From assembly GCA_963678065.2 (NCBI GenBank), contig CAXXVZ010000004.1:448001-512000 (forward strand): 64,000 nucleotides of DNA. The letters run 5' to 3'. Below, piece by piece: positions 9,306 to 18,461 of this stretch; position 1 is the first letter of the stretch, and each line of letters starts with the position of its first letter. The position numbers were made by a program, and so were the translations under genes. The notes under the pieces were generated by a model that worked only from the letters and a program-made list of their open reading frames with translations, did no database searches and was not told where the DNA came from. This DNA comes from Treponemataceae bacterium (GTDB lineage Bacteria > Spirochaetota > Spirochaetia > Treponematales > Rectinemataceae).

Positions 9306-10763
9306 ATGGCATACAGGGATCTGCAGGATTTCATGGCTCGCCTCGAGGAACGGGGCGAGCTTGTCAGGATAAAAGTCGAGGTCGACGCCGAACTCGAGAT
9401 CACGGAAATAGCCGACCGCGTCATGCGCTCAGGCGGCGCGGCTCTCCTCTTCGAAAAAGTCAGGGGTTCGGACTATCCGGTCCTCATCAACGCGATGGGG
9501 ACGGAATCGCGCATGGCGCTCGCCCTCGGGGCAGAGAGCCTCGACGCGAAGGCGAAGGAGATCGAGGATCTCCTCGGCTGGGTCTGGAAGCAGGTCCGCG
9601 GCTTCTCTGTGTTCTCGTCGATCCCAGAGGCTCTGCCGAAACTGCCGATCGCTCTCTCCCTCCTTCCCAAAAATGTGGCGAGGCCGCTGTGCCGCGAGGT
9701 CATCGACGACGAGGCCGGATTCGACAGCCTCCCTGTGCTCAAGTGCTGGCCGAAGGACGGGGGGCGCTTCTTCACCCTGCCCGTGGTCTGCACGGTGGAC
9801 CCCGAGAACGGGGCGCAGAACTGGGGCATGTACCGCATGCAGGTCTACGACGACAGGAGCTGCGGCATGCACTGGCACCTGCACAAGGACGGCGCGCACT
9901 TCTTCCAGAAATACCGCGAGCGCGGCCAGAGGATGCCCGTCGCCGTCGCCCTCGGCTCGGACCCCGCCGTCACCTACGCGTCCACCGCTCCGCTTCCCGA
10001 GGGCGTCTGGGAGGCCATCTTCGCGGGCTTCCTGCGCGGCAAGGCCGCGGAAGTGACGACGGCCACACTCTCCGGCATCAAGGTTCCGGCAGACGCGGAA
10101 TTCGTCCTGGAAGGCTACGTCGACCCCGCCGAATCGAGGATCGAAGGCCCCTTCGGCGACCACACCGGCTTCTACTCCCTGGAGGACGAGTACCCCGTCT
10201 TCCACCTGCAGAGGATCACGCGGCGGAAAAATCCCGTCTATCCGGCCACCATCGTCGGCATCCCTCCCAAAGAGGACTGCTTCATGGCCAAAGCCACCGA
10301 GCGGCTCTTCCTGCCCTTCCTGAAACAGCTCTGCCCCGAGATCGCCGACCTGACCATGCCCCTGGAGGGCGTCTTCCACAACTGCGTCATCGTGTCGATC
10401 AAGAAGCGCTTTCCCGGCCACGCCCGCAAGGTCATGGACTTCATCTGGGGCATGGGGCAGATGATGTACACCAAGCTCATCGTCGTGGTGGACGAGGAGG
10501 TCGACCTCAAGAACCTCTCGATGGTCGCCTGGAAGGTCTTCAACAACATCGACGCGCGGCGCGATCTCGTCCTCTCGGACGGTCCGCTGGACGCCCTGGA
10601 TCACTCCTCGCCCATGCCCCGCTACGGAACGCGCCTCGGGATCGACGCGACGCGGAAAGGGCCGGACGAGGGCCACACGCGCCCATGGCCCGACGGCCTC
10701 GCCATGAGCCCGGAGATCGTCGACCTCGTCACCAGGCGCTGGAAGGACTATGGAATTGACTGA
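9306..10763 (+). CDS. ubiD: UbiD-family prFMN-dependent decarboxylase, MqnL (menaquinone) type
   Basis: MAYRDLQDF start; NWGMYRMQ, HWHLHKDG, EGPFGDHTGFYS, GMGQMMYTK. Confidence 0.92.
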   Translation: MAYRDLQDFMARLEERGELVRIKVEVDAELEITEIADRVMRSGGAALLFEKVRGSDYPVLINAMGTESRMALALGAESLDAKAKEIEDLLGWVWKQVRGFSVFSSIPEALPKLPIALSLLPKNVARPLCREVIDDEAGFDSLPVLKCWPKDGGRFFTLPVVCTVDPENGAQNWGMYRMQVYDDRSCGMHWHLHKDGAHFFQKYRERGQRMPVAVALGSDPAVTYASTAPLPEGVWEAIFAGFLRGKAAEVTTATLSGIKVPADAEFVLEGYVDPAESRIEGPFGDHTGFYSLEDEYPVFHLQRITRRKNPVYPATIVGIPPKEDCFMAKATERLFLPFLKQLCPEIADLTMPLEGVFHNCVIVSIKKRFPGHARKVMDFIWGMGQMMYTKLIVVVDEEVDLKNLSMVAWKVFNNIDARRDLVLSDGPLDALDHSSPMPRYGTRLGIDATRKGPDEGHTRPWPDGLAMSPEIVDLVTRRWKDYGID

Positions 10764-11679
10764 GCCGCGGACCGAGGCGCCCGGACCGGATGCGAAGGCC
10801 CCGGACGGAGCCGGAAAAACTTTCGCAGGCAAGCTCGGCATGATCGGCGACGCGGTCATGATCCGCCACACCCTCTTCTCCCTGCCCTTTGCCCTCTCGG
10901 CCCTTCTTCTCGAGACAGGCGGTCACCCGCCTCTCGGAAAGACGGTCTGGATACTGCTCGCTGCGGCCTCGGCGCGCAACGCGGCCAACGCCATCAACCG
11001 CATCGTCGACAGGACCATCGACGCCCGCAACCCCCGCACGGCGGGGCGTCACCTTCCGTCAGGGAGGCTCGCGGTGAAGGACCTGGGATGGTTCAGCGCG
11101 GCCATGCTCGCGGTCTTTGTCTTCTCGACGGCGATGCTCGGCCCCCTCTGCCTGGCGCTCCTCCCCGTGGCCGGGATACTCGTTTTCGGCTACTCCTACA
11201 CCAAACGCTTCACCTGGCTCTGCCACGCATGGCTCGGCCTCACCTGCTCGGCCGCCACGATGGGCGCCTTCATCGCGATCGCCGGACGCTTCGAGTTCAG
11301 GTACTTCGTCATGACGGGAGCGGTGGCGGCCTGGGTCTGCGGTTTCGACATCATCTACGCGCTGCAGGACGTCGGGGTGGACCGCGCGCAGAAACTCCAC
11401 TCCATCCCCGCCCGCTTCGGTCCCAGGATCGCGAGGCTCATGGCGGCCGCATGCCACCTCGCCGCCGTGGCGGGATTCGCCGCGATGCCGTTCTTCTGGG
11501 AAGGGCTCGGCGCCGGCTACTGGCTCGCCCTCGCCCTCGCATCGGCGCTCCTCGTGGCCGAGCAGGTCATCGCCCGGGGCGGGACAGGACGGCATATCCG
11601 CATCGCAGCCTACAGTATCAACGAAATTATTCCGATTATATATACGATTGGCATTGTCAGCGAATTATACATACTATAA
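10750..11679 (+). CDS. ubiA: UbiA-family polyprenyltransferase, MqnP type
   Basis: HTLFSLPFA, NRIVDRTIDARNPRT, YSYTKRFT, FDIIYALQD; multiple TM helices. Confidence 0.9.
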   Translation: MELTEPRTEAPGPDAKAPDGAGKTFAGKLGMIGDAVMIRHTLFSLPFALSALLLETGGHPPLGKTVWILLAAASARNAANAINRIVDRTIDARNPRTAGRHLPSGRLAVKDLGWFSAAMLAVFVFSTAMLGPLCLALLPVAGILVFGYSYTKRFTWLCHAWLGLTCSAATMGAFIAIAGRFEFRYFVMTGAVAAWVCGFDIIYALQDVGVDRAQKLHSIPARFGPRIARLMAAACHLAAVAGFAAMPFFWEGLGAGYWLALALASALLVAEQVIARGGTGRHIRIAAYSINEIIPIIYTIGIVSELYIL

Positions 11680-11682
11680 AAT
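11654..11682 (+). promoter_or_regulatory. Internal sigma70-type promoter for ubiX (leaderless)
   Basis: TTGTCA (11654-11659), 17 bp, TAAAAT (11677-11682), 6 nt, ATG 11689; locally very AT-rich; no SD. Confidence 0.6.
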
Positions 11683-11688
11683 AACTGC

Positions 11689-12297
11689 ATGGCCCGATAC
11701 CTCGTTTGCCTGACCGGCGCCTCCGGCGCGATCTACGGCATCAGACTTCTTTCGGCCCTCGCCTCGACGGGAGCCACGGTGCACCTCGCCGCCTCTTCAT
11801 GGGGAGCCCGCGTTGTCCTGGAAGAAACGGGGCGCCCTCTCGGGTATTGGGTCGGCAAGATCAGGACCGCCGGCGGCCCCGGCGGCAGACCAGCCACCAT
11901 CTCAGTCCACGCCTCCGACGATCTCGGCGCCCCCGTCGCCTCGGGCAGCTTCAAGCTGGACGGAACGGCCATCGTGCCCTGTTCCATGGGCACGGTCGGG
12001 GCCCTCGCCTCGGGAGCGGTGTCCAACCTCGTCCACCGGGCCGGGGCGGTCGCCCTCAAGGAAGGATGGCCCCTCGTCCTCGTACCCCGCGAATCGCCGC
12101 TCTCCCTCGTCGCGCTGGAAGGGCTCGTCAAGCTGAAAGAGTCGGGCGCGACCATCCTTCCTGCCTGTCCCGGTTTCTACAACCGGCCCAAGGCGATCGA
12201 CGAACTGATAGACCAGATCACCTACCGGGTCCTGGACCACCTCGGTCTTCCGACGCCCGGCGCCCCTAAATGGAAAGACACAAGGGGCGAGGAGTAA
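11689..12297 (+). CDS. ubiX: Flavin prenyltransferase UbiX
   Basis: TGASGAIYG, APVASGSF, PCSMGT, VPRESP, PGFY. Confidence 0.95.
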   Translation: MARYLVCLTGASGAIYGIRLLSALASTGATVHLAASSWGARVVLEETGRPLGYWVGKIRTAGGPGGRPATISVHASDDLGAPVASGSFKLDGTAIVPCSMGTVGALASGAVSNLVHRAGAVALKEGWPLVLVPRESPLSLVALEGLVKLKESGATILPACPGFYNRPKAIDELIDQITYRVLDHLGLPTPGAPKWKDTRGEE

Positions 12298-12301
12298 TTC
12301 C

Positions 12302-13219
12302 GTGAAGCGAACAGCCACCTTTCTCACCTTCTTGGCCCTCGTGGCCTTCTCTCTCGTCGCGCAGGGCAGAGAACTCAGGATCGGCATTCTCCCCGACGCC
12401 GACTCCCTTCCCCTCATGGTAGCCGAGGCCGCCAACGACTTCGCCGCCGAGGGCGTCGCGGTCAGACTCGTGAAGTTCCAGAATCCCGTCGAGCGGGACG
12501 CGGCATTCCAGGCGGGAGCCGTGGACGGCGTCATCGGCGATATCCTCGCCGCGGCCCTCGCTGTCCAGGGCGGCTTCGAGGTCAGGATCACGAGCCTCAC
12601 GGACGGACGCTACGGCATCGTCGTCGGACCCGATTCCGGCGTTTCCTCCCTGAAAGATCTCGCCGGAAAACAGATAGGCCTCTCCGCGAACACCATCATC
12701 CAGTACATGGTCGACAGCTTCATGACCGATGCGGGAGTCCCGCCTGAGAAAATCCTCAGCCTCGCCGTTCCCAAGATGCCCGTCAGGCTCGAGATGGTCC
12801 TGGGAGGCCAGACGGCCGCCGCCGGACTTCCCGAACCTCTCCTGACCCTCGCCAAAATCCGAGGCGGAAAAATCCTCGCCTCCACCGATGACTCGGGACT
12901 GCGCGCCGGCGTCATCCTCTTCACGAAGAAGGCCGCAGACTCGATGCAGGCGGAGATCCGCGCCATGTACAAGGCTTACTGGAGAGCGGCCAGGGCGATC
13001 AACGCGGACAACGAAGCCTACAGACCCTTCCTCGTCTCCAAGGCCAACTTTCCCGAGGAGACGGTATCGGCCTACCGCTTCGTCCGGTACGAAAAACCGC
13101 GGCTTCCCCTCCGCGCAGACATCGTTCCCGTCCTCTCCTGGATGAGGTCGAAGGGATTGCTGAGGGCCCCGGTCGATCCTGACAGCCTCCTCGACGGTAG
13201 AGCCCTGGCGGGATGGTAG
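12302..13219 (+). CDS. ABC substrate-binding protein, SsuA/NMT1/THI5-like
   Basis: Signal peptide; RIGILPDADSLP, ERDAAFQAGAVDG, LPEPL; followed by ATPase and permease. Confidence 0.8.
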   Translation: MKRTATFLTFLALVAFSLVAQGRELRIGILPDADSLPLMVAEAANDFAAEGVAVRLVKFQNPVERDAAFQAGAVDGVIGDILAAALAVQGGFEVRITSLTDGRYGIVVGPDSGVSSLKDLAGKQIGLSANTIIQYMVDSFMTDAGVPPEKILSLAVPKMPVRLEMVLGGQTAAAGLPEPLLTLAKIRGGKILASTDDSGLRAGVILFTKKAADSMQAEIRAMYKAYWRAARAINADNEAYRPFLVSKANFPEETVSAYRFVRYEKPRLPLRADIVPVLSWMRSKGLLRAPVDPDSLLDGRALAGW

Positions 13220-13983
13220 AGCTCGAAGGACTGTCGGTCGCCTACTCCACTCCCCGTGGTCCCGTCCGGGCCGTGGAAGATGTCTCGATTCTGTTCGCCC
13301 GGGGCGGCATACACGCCATAATCGGACCTTCCGGCTCCGGCAAGACGAGCCTCGTCCAGGCGATGGCCGGCCTTTTCGTCCCGCAGGCCGGGACGATCAG
13401 GATCGACGGCTCTCCCCTGTCGGGCATCCGCCCCCGGACCGCGGTCATTTTTCAGGATTTCGGACTCCTGCCCTGGAAGACCGTGATCGCGAACGCAGAG
13501 CTCCCCCTCCTTTTGCGCGGGATGGACCGGCGCGAGCGGAGAAGACGGGTCATGCCCATCCTCGAGGAGCTGGGCCTCGAATCCTTCCTCGAACTCTATC
13601 CGGTCAGACTCTCGGGCGGCATGCAGCAGCGACTCGCCGTGGCGCGGGCCCTCGCGGCCGAACCCGACCTTCTCCTCATGGACGAGCCCTTCTCCAGCCT
13701 GGACGCGCTGACGCGGGAAAACCTCCAGGAAACCCTTCTCGAAGTCCACGCGCGCCACGGCGCGACCATAATCCTCGTCACCCACTCCATCGAGGAGGCG
13801 GCTTACCTCGCCGACACGGTCACGGTGATGACCGGACGAAATCCGGGAAGGATCAGCGCGCGGATCGAGACGGAGAAAAACGCCCGGAAGACCGGGGAAA
13901 GCGGGAACAGGTCCTTCCGATCGAGCCCCGGCTTTCTCACCCTGACGACATCGATACGCGCGGCGCTGGAAGCGGAGTCATGA
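13213..13983 (+). CDS. ABC ATP-binding protein, SsuB/TauB-like
   Basis: GPSGSGKT, LLPWKT, LSGGMQQR, MDEPFSSLD, VTHSIEEA. Confidence 0.93.
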   Translation: MVELEGLSVAYSTPRGPVRAVEDVSILFARGGIHAIIGPSGSGKTSLVQAMAGLFVPQAGTIRIDGSPLSGIRPRTAVIFQDFGLLPWKTVIANAELPLLLRGMDRRERRRRVMPILEELGLESFLELYPVRLSGGMQQRLAVARALAAEPDLLLMDEPFSSLDALTRENLQETLLEVHARHGATIILVTHSIEEAAYLADTVTVMTGRNPGRISARIETEKNARKTGESGNRSFRSSPGFLTLTTSIRAALEAES

Positions 13984-14738
13984 AAAAGAAAGGACTGGCT
14001 TCCCTCGCGGGCACGGCGGCGGCGCTCGCCATCCTCATCACTCTCTGGGGGCTCGCCTCGGCCCTCATCGCGAAGCCCTTCCTCCCGGGCCCTCTCAGGA
14101 CAGCGCTCCGCGCAGCCGAGCGCCTCGCCGACAGCAGGCTCCTTTCGCATCTCGGCGCTTCGGCGTGGAGGGTCTTCCTCGCCCTCGCCGCAGCAGGTCC
14201 CGCCGGTTTCGCCCTCGGCCTCGCGGCGGGCCGCTCGCGCCGCCTCGACACGCTGTTCTCCCCCTTCGTCTACATTCTCCATCCCCTGCCCAAGGTCGCC
14301 TTCCTGCCCGTCATCATGCTCCTCCTGGGCCTGGGGGATGCGGCAAAGATAACGCTGATCTGTCTCGTCATATTCGGCCAGCTCTTCGTCAACGCCCGGG
14401 ACGCCGCAAAGGATGTGCCGGAGCGCCTCGTCGACTCCGTCCGCTCCCTGGGCGGCAGCGGGGCCGACATCCTCAGACACGTCGTCCTCCCTGCATCCCT
14501 GCCCTCCCTCCTGTCCTCCCTGCGGGTGGCGCTCGGAACCTCCATCGCCGTCCTCTTCCTCTCCGAAACCTTCGCGTCGGAGAGCGGGCTCGGCTGGTAC
14601 ATTGTAGACGCATGGTCCAGGGTGGATTATCCGGATATGTACGCGGCCATCATCGTCCTCTCCGCCTTCGCCCTCGTCATCTTCGGGCTGATAGACGCCG
14701 CAGAAAGGGTCGCCTGCCGCTGGAGGGACAGGGATTGA
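13980..14738 (+). CDS. ABC permease, SsuC/TauC-like
   Basis: PLPKVAFLP, VRSLGG...VVLPASLP, GLGWYI; ATGA overlap with ATPase. Confidence 0.9.
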   Translation: MKKKGLASLAGTAAALAILITLWGLASALIAKPFLPGPLRTALRAAERLADSRLLSHLGASAWRVFLALAAAGPAGFALGLAAGRSRRLDTLFSPFVYILHPLPKVAFLPVIMLLLGLGDAAKITLICLVIFGQLFVNARDAAKDVPERLVDSVRSLGGSGADILRHVVLPASLPSLLSSLRVALGTSIAVLFLSETFASESGLGWYIVDAWSRVDYPDMYAAIIVLSAFALVIFGLIDAAERVACRWRDRD

Positions 14739-14758
14739 GCGGCCTCTCCGTATATGCC

Positions 14759-14787
14759 TTGCCCGTCGGCGAACCAGTGGCTACAAT
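14759..14787 (+). promoter_or_regulatory. Sigma70-type promoter upstream of the PAS kinase
   Basis: TTGCCC, 17 bp, TACAAT. Confidence 0.5.
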
Positions 14788-14855
14788 CGAGTTTCATAAA
14801 GGCATCCAGAAACCGGACCGGTCGCGGACGCGCCAGTCCATCCGGAGGCGCACCA

Positions 14856-15002
14856 ATGGACGATGTTGCCGGGATCGGAGTACGGATAGGGCTGCTCCGC
14901 GTTTCCTCGGGTACTCCCCACGAACTCGCTTCCGGATTGCTCGCGCTTTTTTCCGAGGCCTCCCGCACTGAAGTACCCGAGCGTGGAGGAATGTCCCGAT
15001 GA
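14856..15002 (+). CDS. Candidate 48-aa small ORF coupled to the kinase
   Basis: GGAGG at 14844-14848, 7 nt before ATG; stop overlaps the kinase ATG (ATGA); no recognisable motif. Confidence 0.3.
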   Translation: MDDVAGIGVRIGLLRVSSGTPHELASGLLALFSEASRTEVPERGGMSR

Positions 15003-17581
15003 ACAGCCAGAGCATCCTCACACTCGTACAGAACGCGGGCATCCTCATCGCCATCGCGATCCTCGGCGATCTGTCTTCTCCCCGATGGGACGCCGATAAA
15101 AAGGGAATCGGGCGGATCGTCCTCGGCGCAGTGACGGGCGCGCTCGGCATCATACTCATGCTGACACCGATGCGCCTCATGTCAGGCGTCGTCTTCGACA
15201 CGCGCTCGATCCTTCTTGGAATTTCCGGCCTCTTCTTCGGCCCCATCCCCACACTGATCGCGATGGCCATGACGGCCGCACTGCGGCTTGTGCAGGGCGG
15301 CGACGGGGCCAGAATGGGTGTGGCCGTCATTCTGGTCACCGGGTCGGCGGGCATTCTGTGGAGGAAACTGCGCCGGAAAAGGGCCGCCGACCTCGGCTGG
15401 CCCGAACTCTATGTTTTTGGCCTCAGCCTCCACGTCGCCATGCTCGCGTGCACGGTCTTCCTTCCATCCGCCATACGGGGGGCCGTGCTGGGGAGCATCA
15501 TAGCCCCTGTGCTGCTGATCTATCCTGCCGGGACTGCCCTCCTCGGCAGACTCCTCGTCAATCGTCTGAAACGGAAAGAGATTGCCGACGCACTTGCTGA
15601 GAGCGAGGAGAGGCTCAGACTCGCCATGGAAGTGAATGAGATCGGGTTCTTCGAGCACGATCTCGTGACGGGCAGGGTCCATTACTCGTCCGAGTGGAAG
15701 CCACGGCTCGACCATCACCCTGCTGATCTTCCCGACTCTCCCGATGCCTGGGAAAGCCGGATACATCCGGATGACAAGGCTGCCGTTCTCGCGAAGGAGC
15801 GCGAATGGTGGGCGGGGCAGTCGCCGGAATACGAAGCGGAATTCCGGTTCAGACACCTCGATGGGAGCTGGCGATGGCTGCTGGCCCGGGGCCACCTCGT
15901 CACGGACGACAAGGGTCGGCCAATCAAGGCGGCGGGCTGCCACATCGACATCACAAAGCGGAAACAGGACGAGGAAGCGATCCGCGCCACCGAACGACGG
16001 TTCCGGAGCCTCGCCGAAAGCTCCAGCGACTACATCATGCTCTACGACCGGGAAGGCAGGCATGTTTACATGAATCCGGCCGGCATGGCGGCCGCGGGAT
16101 TCACCGAGTCGGACATCATCGGGAAAACCCATCAGCAGGCCAACTACGGGGCGCATGCGAGCGAGTACCGGAAATCCGATATCGAGGCGGTTTTCGAAAC
16201 CGGCAGGCCGTCGACCCGCCTCATCAGGTGGGAGAAACCCGAAGGGACCTTCTATCTTGACTGGCGACTGTCCCCCGTGCCCGGTCCCGACGGAAACACC
16301 GAGCTCGTTCTGGGCATCTCCCGCGATATAACCGCGCTCAAGCGCGCCGAAGCCGAGCTCAGGAAAAAGGAAGAACTGTTTCGGGCGCTCATCGAGAACG
16401 CGCCCGACGGAGTGACCCTCATAAACCTGGAGGGCGAGTTCATCTATGTCAGCCCCTCGGCCCGAAAGATGTTCAGCTATGAGCCCGACGAACCCATTAC
16501 GGCGAGGCCGGTGGACAGCACACATCCCGATGATCTTCCCTCCGTCCTGGAGGCCCTGGATCAGACAATAAAAAACCCCGGAACCGTGCCGGCCAGGGAA
16601 TACCGTTTCCGCAAGAAAAATGGCGAGTGGCTCTGGATCGAGAGCAGGTTCTCCAACCTCCTGGACCGGCCGGGCGTCGAGGCCATCGTCATCAACTTCC
16701 GCGACATAAGCGCGCAGAAAAAATCGGATGCCGAAGTGAAGTCCACCCATCTCGAACTGCGCCGCCTTCTTGGCGAAGCCGACGAGTCGCGGAAAGTTCT
16801 CCTCAGCATGGTCGAGGATCTGAAGCGGTCGGAAGAACAGATACGCAGACTCAACGCGGAACTCGAGAGCAGGGTCAGGGACAGGACGGCCCAGCTGGAG
16901 GCGGCCAACAGGGAACTCGAATCTTTCGCCTACTCCGTCTCGCACGATCTGCGCTCGCCTCTGCGGGCGATAGACGGTTTCAGCGTCGCCCTTCTGCGCG
17001 AATACCGGGACAGGATGGACGAAAACGGAATCCACTACCTCGAGCGGATCACGGAAGGGACGAGAAGGATGGGACAGCTCATCAACGACCTGCTCGGTCT
17101 CTCCCGGGTCACCAGATCCGAGTTCGCGCGGAGCGTGGTGGACCTGAGTTCCCTCGCGGCGGGAATTCTCGCCGGGCTCGCGGCCGGCAGCCCCGACAGA
17201 AAAGTGGAGACCCGCGTCCAGCAGGGACTCTGCGTTCAGGGCGACCCGAGCCTGCTCGACATCATGCTTGAAAACCTTCTTGGAAATGCCTGGAAATTCA
17301 CGGAAAAAACGCCAAGCCCGGTCGTGGAGTTCGGCGCCGGATTCTCCGACGGCAGGACTGTTTTCTTCGTTCGGGACAACGGAGTCGGCTTCGACATGGC
17401 CTACGCGAACAAGCTCTTCGCCCCCTTCCAGAGGCTCCACAGGACGGACGAGTTCCCCGGGACAGGCATCGGACTCGTCACTGTACAGCGGATCGTGCAG
17501 AGGCACGGCGGAAAAATCTGGCCCGAGGCCGCGCCCGGCACGGGAGCCACGTTCCGGTTTACGCTCGGCAATACCGTTTGA
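14999..17581 (+). CDS. 5TM-LytS/YhcK receptor, three PAS domains, histidine kinase
   Basis: VVFDTRSILLGISGLFFGPIPT (5TM-LYT); PAS/PAC motifs (IHPDD, THPDD); SVSHDLRSPLRAI, NLLGNAWKFT, DNGVGF, GTGIGL. Confidence 0.92.
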   Translation: MNSQSILTLVQNAGILIAIAILGDLSSPRWDADKKGIGRIVLGAVTGALGIILMLTPMRLMSGVVFDTRSILLGISGLFFGPIPTLIAMAMTAALRLVQGGDGARMGVAVILVTGSAGILWRKLRRKRAADLGWPELYVFGLSLHVAMLACTVFLPSAIRGAVLGSIIAPVLLIYPAGTALLGRLLVNRLKRKEIADALAESEERLRLAMEVNEIGFFEHDLVTGRVHYSSEWKPRLDHHPADLPDSPDAWESRIHPDDKAAVLAKEREWWAGQSPEYEAEFRFRHLDGSWRWLLARGHLVTDDKGRPIKAAGCHIDITKRKQDEEAIRATERRFRSLAESSSDYIMLYDREGRHVYMNPAGMAAAGFTESDIIGKTHQQANYGAHASEYRKSDIEAVFETGRPSTRLIRWEKPEGTFYLDWRLSPVPGPDGNTELVLGISRDITALKRAEAELRKKEELFRALIENAPDGVTLINLEGEFIYVSPSARKMFSYEPDEPITARPVDSTHPDDLPSVLEALDQTIKNPGTVPAREYRFRKKNGEWLWIESRFSNLLDRPGVEAIVINFRDISAQKKSDAEVKSTHLELRRLLGEADESRKVLLSMVEDLKRSEEQIRRLNAELESRVRDRTAQLEAANRELESFAYSVSHDLRSPLRAIDGFSVALLREYRDRMDENGIHYLERITEGTRRMGQLINDLLGLSRVTRSEFARSVVDLSSLAAGILAGLAAGSPDRKVETRVQQGLCVQGDPSLLDIMLENLLGNAWKFTEKTPSPVVEFGAGFSDGRTVFFVRDNGVGFDMAYANKLFAPFQRLHRTDEFPGTGIGLVTVQRIVQRHGGKIWPEAAPGTGATFRFTLGNTV

Positions 17582-18452
17582 ACCTGCCCGCCTTTCCCGC
17601 CCCGGCGAGGTATCCGGCCTTCGTGAAGGTGTAGAGGATCTTGCGCGCGGCGCTTGTGGCGATGCCGAGACTCTCGGAGAGGCTTTCTGTCGTCCAGGAG
17701 CCTTCCTCCGCGGGCAGGAGGGCGAGCCAATCGGCGGGACAGGCCATGACGCGCGATTCCCGCACCGCCGACAGCCTTCTGTCGAGGAGGCTGTCGCCCT
17801 TGCGGCGCCAGGACCCGGCTCCATCGAGCATCCTGAGATCCTCAACTTCCACAGAGAGGACTTCGACGACGATTCCCGGGGTCGAAAGGAGCAGAGGCGC
17901 GTGGACCATCTCGTCGAAGACCGACCAGAAGTCCCGCCTTTTAGGACTCTTCCGGCGGGAGAGGACTTCTCCCGTTTCCGGATCGAGCCGCACGACAACC
18001 GACCGCGCGATGACAGGGTGGATTATTCTCACTCTGTGACCGGCGCCAGCCAGGTAGATCGCCTTTTCCTGGATACTTCCGAGCTTCGAAGTCTGTATCT
18101 CGACAATCTCGCCATCGGGCAGGACGAGGTCGACGACCCGCCCGAGAACAGGCACCTCGAAGCGGGGCGAGGGCGCATCGCTCCGGGCGGCCCGGCTCAA
18201 GTTCCGGGCAGCCCGGCTCAGGTTCTGGGCCGCCCAGAGTTTGAGCTGGGCGTGGAGACCGTACTCGGACCAGAGATTGATGCCGGCGCGCTCCGCCGCA
18301 AATTCCTGGCCGGAATCCTCGAGCGCATACTCCGCGACAGAGTCCCGCCCGACCCCGAGCGCGGGGTGTCTCTCCGAACGCAGCGTGCGCACGAGCCCGG
18401 CGGGTACGACTTCCTGTGTGCCGGCGCAGCCGGCTCTGTCAGCGGAGGACAT
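17559..18452 (-). CDS. Hypothetical protein, PD-(D/E)XK nuclease-like fold with C-terminal winged helix
   Basis: E-x2-LH-x2-LK helix, FE...VVD...IVEIQT pattern; C-terminal WTTESLSESLGI...ARKILYTF...GYL resembles wHTH; start uncertain. Confidence 0.55.
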   Translation of the reverse strand: MSSADRAGCAGTQEVVPAGLVRTLRSERHPALGVGRDSVAEYALEDSGQEFAAERAGINLWSEYGLHAQLKLWAAQNLSRAARNLSRAARSDAPSPRFEVPVLGRVVDLVLPDGEIVEIQTSKLGSIQEKAIYLAGAGHRVRIIHPVIARSVVVRLDPETGEVLSRRKSPKRRDFWSVFDEMVHAPLLLSTPGIVVEVLSVEVEDLRMLDGAGSWRRKGDSLLDRRLSAVRESRVMACPADWLALLPAEEGSWTTESLSESLGIATSAARKILYTFTKAGYLAGAGKAGRFKRYCRA

Positions 18453-18461
18453 GCGCGCCCG

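Noticed and set aside
12302..13219. MqnA or MqnD enzyme (same periplasmic-binding fold)
   Set aside because: Has a signal peptide and is coupled to ATPase and permease genes, so a transporter component is more likely
15182..17998. 938-aa minus-strand ORF
   Set aside because: Antisense shadow of the PAS kinase
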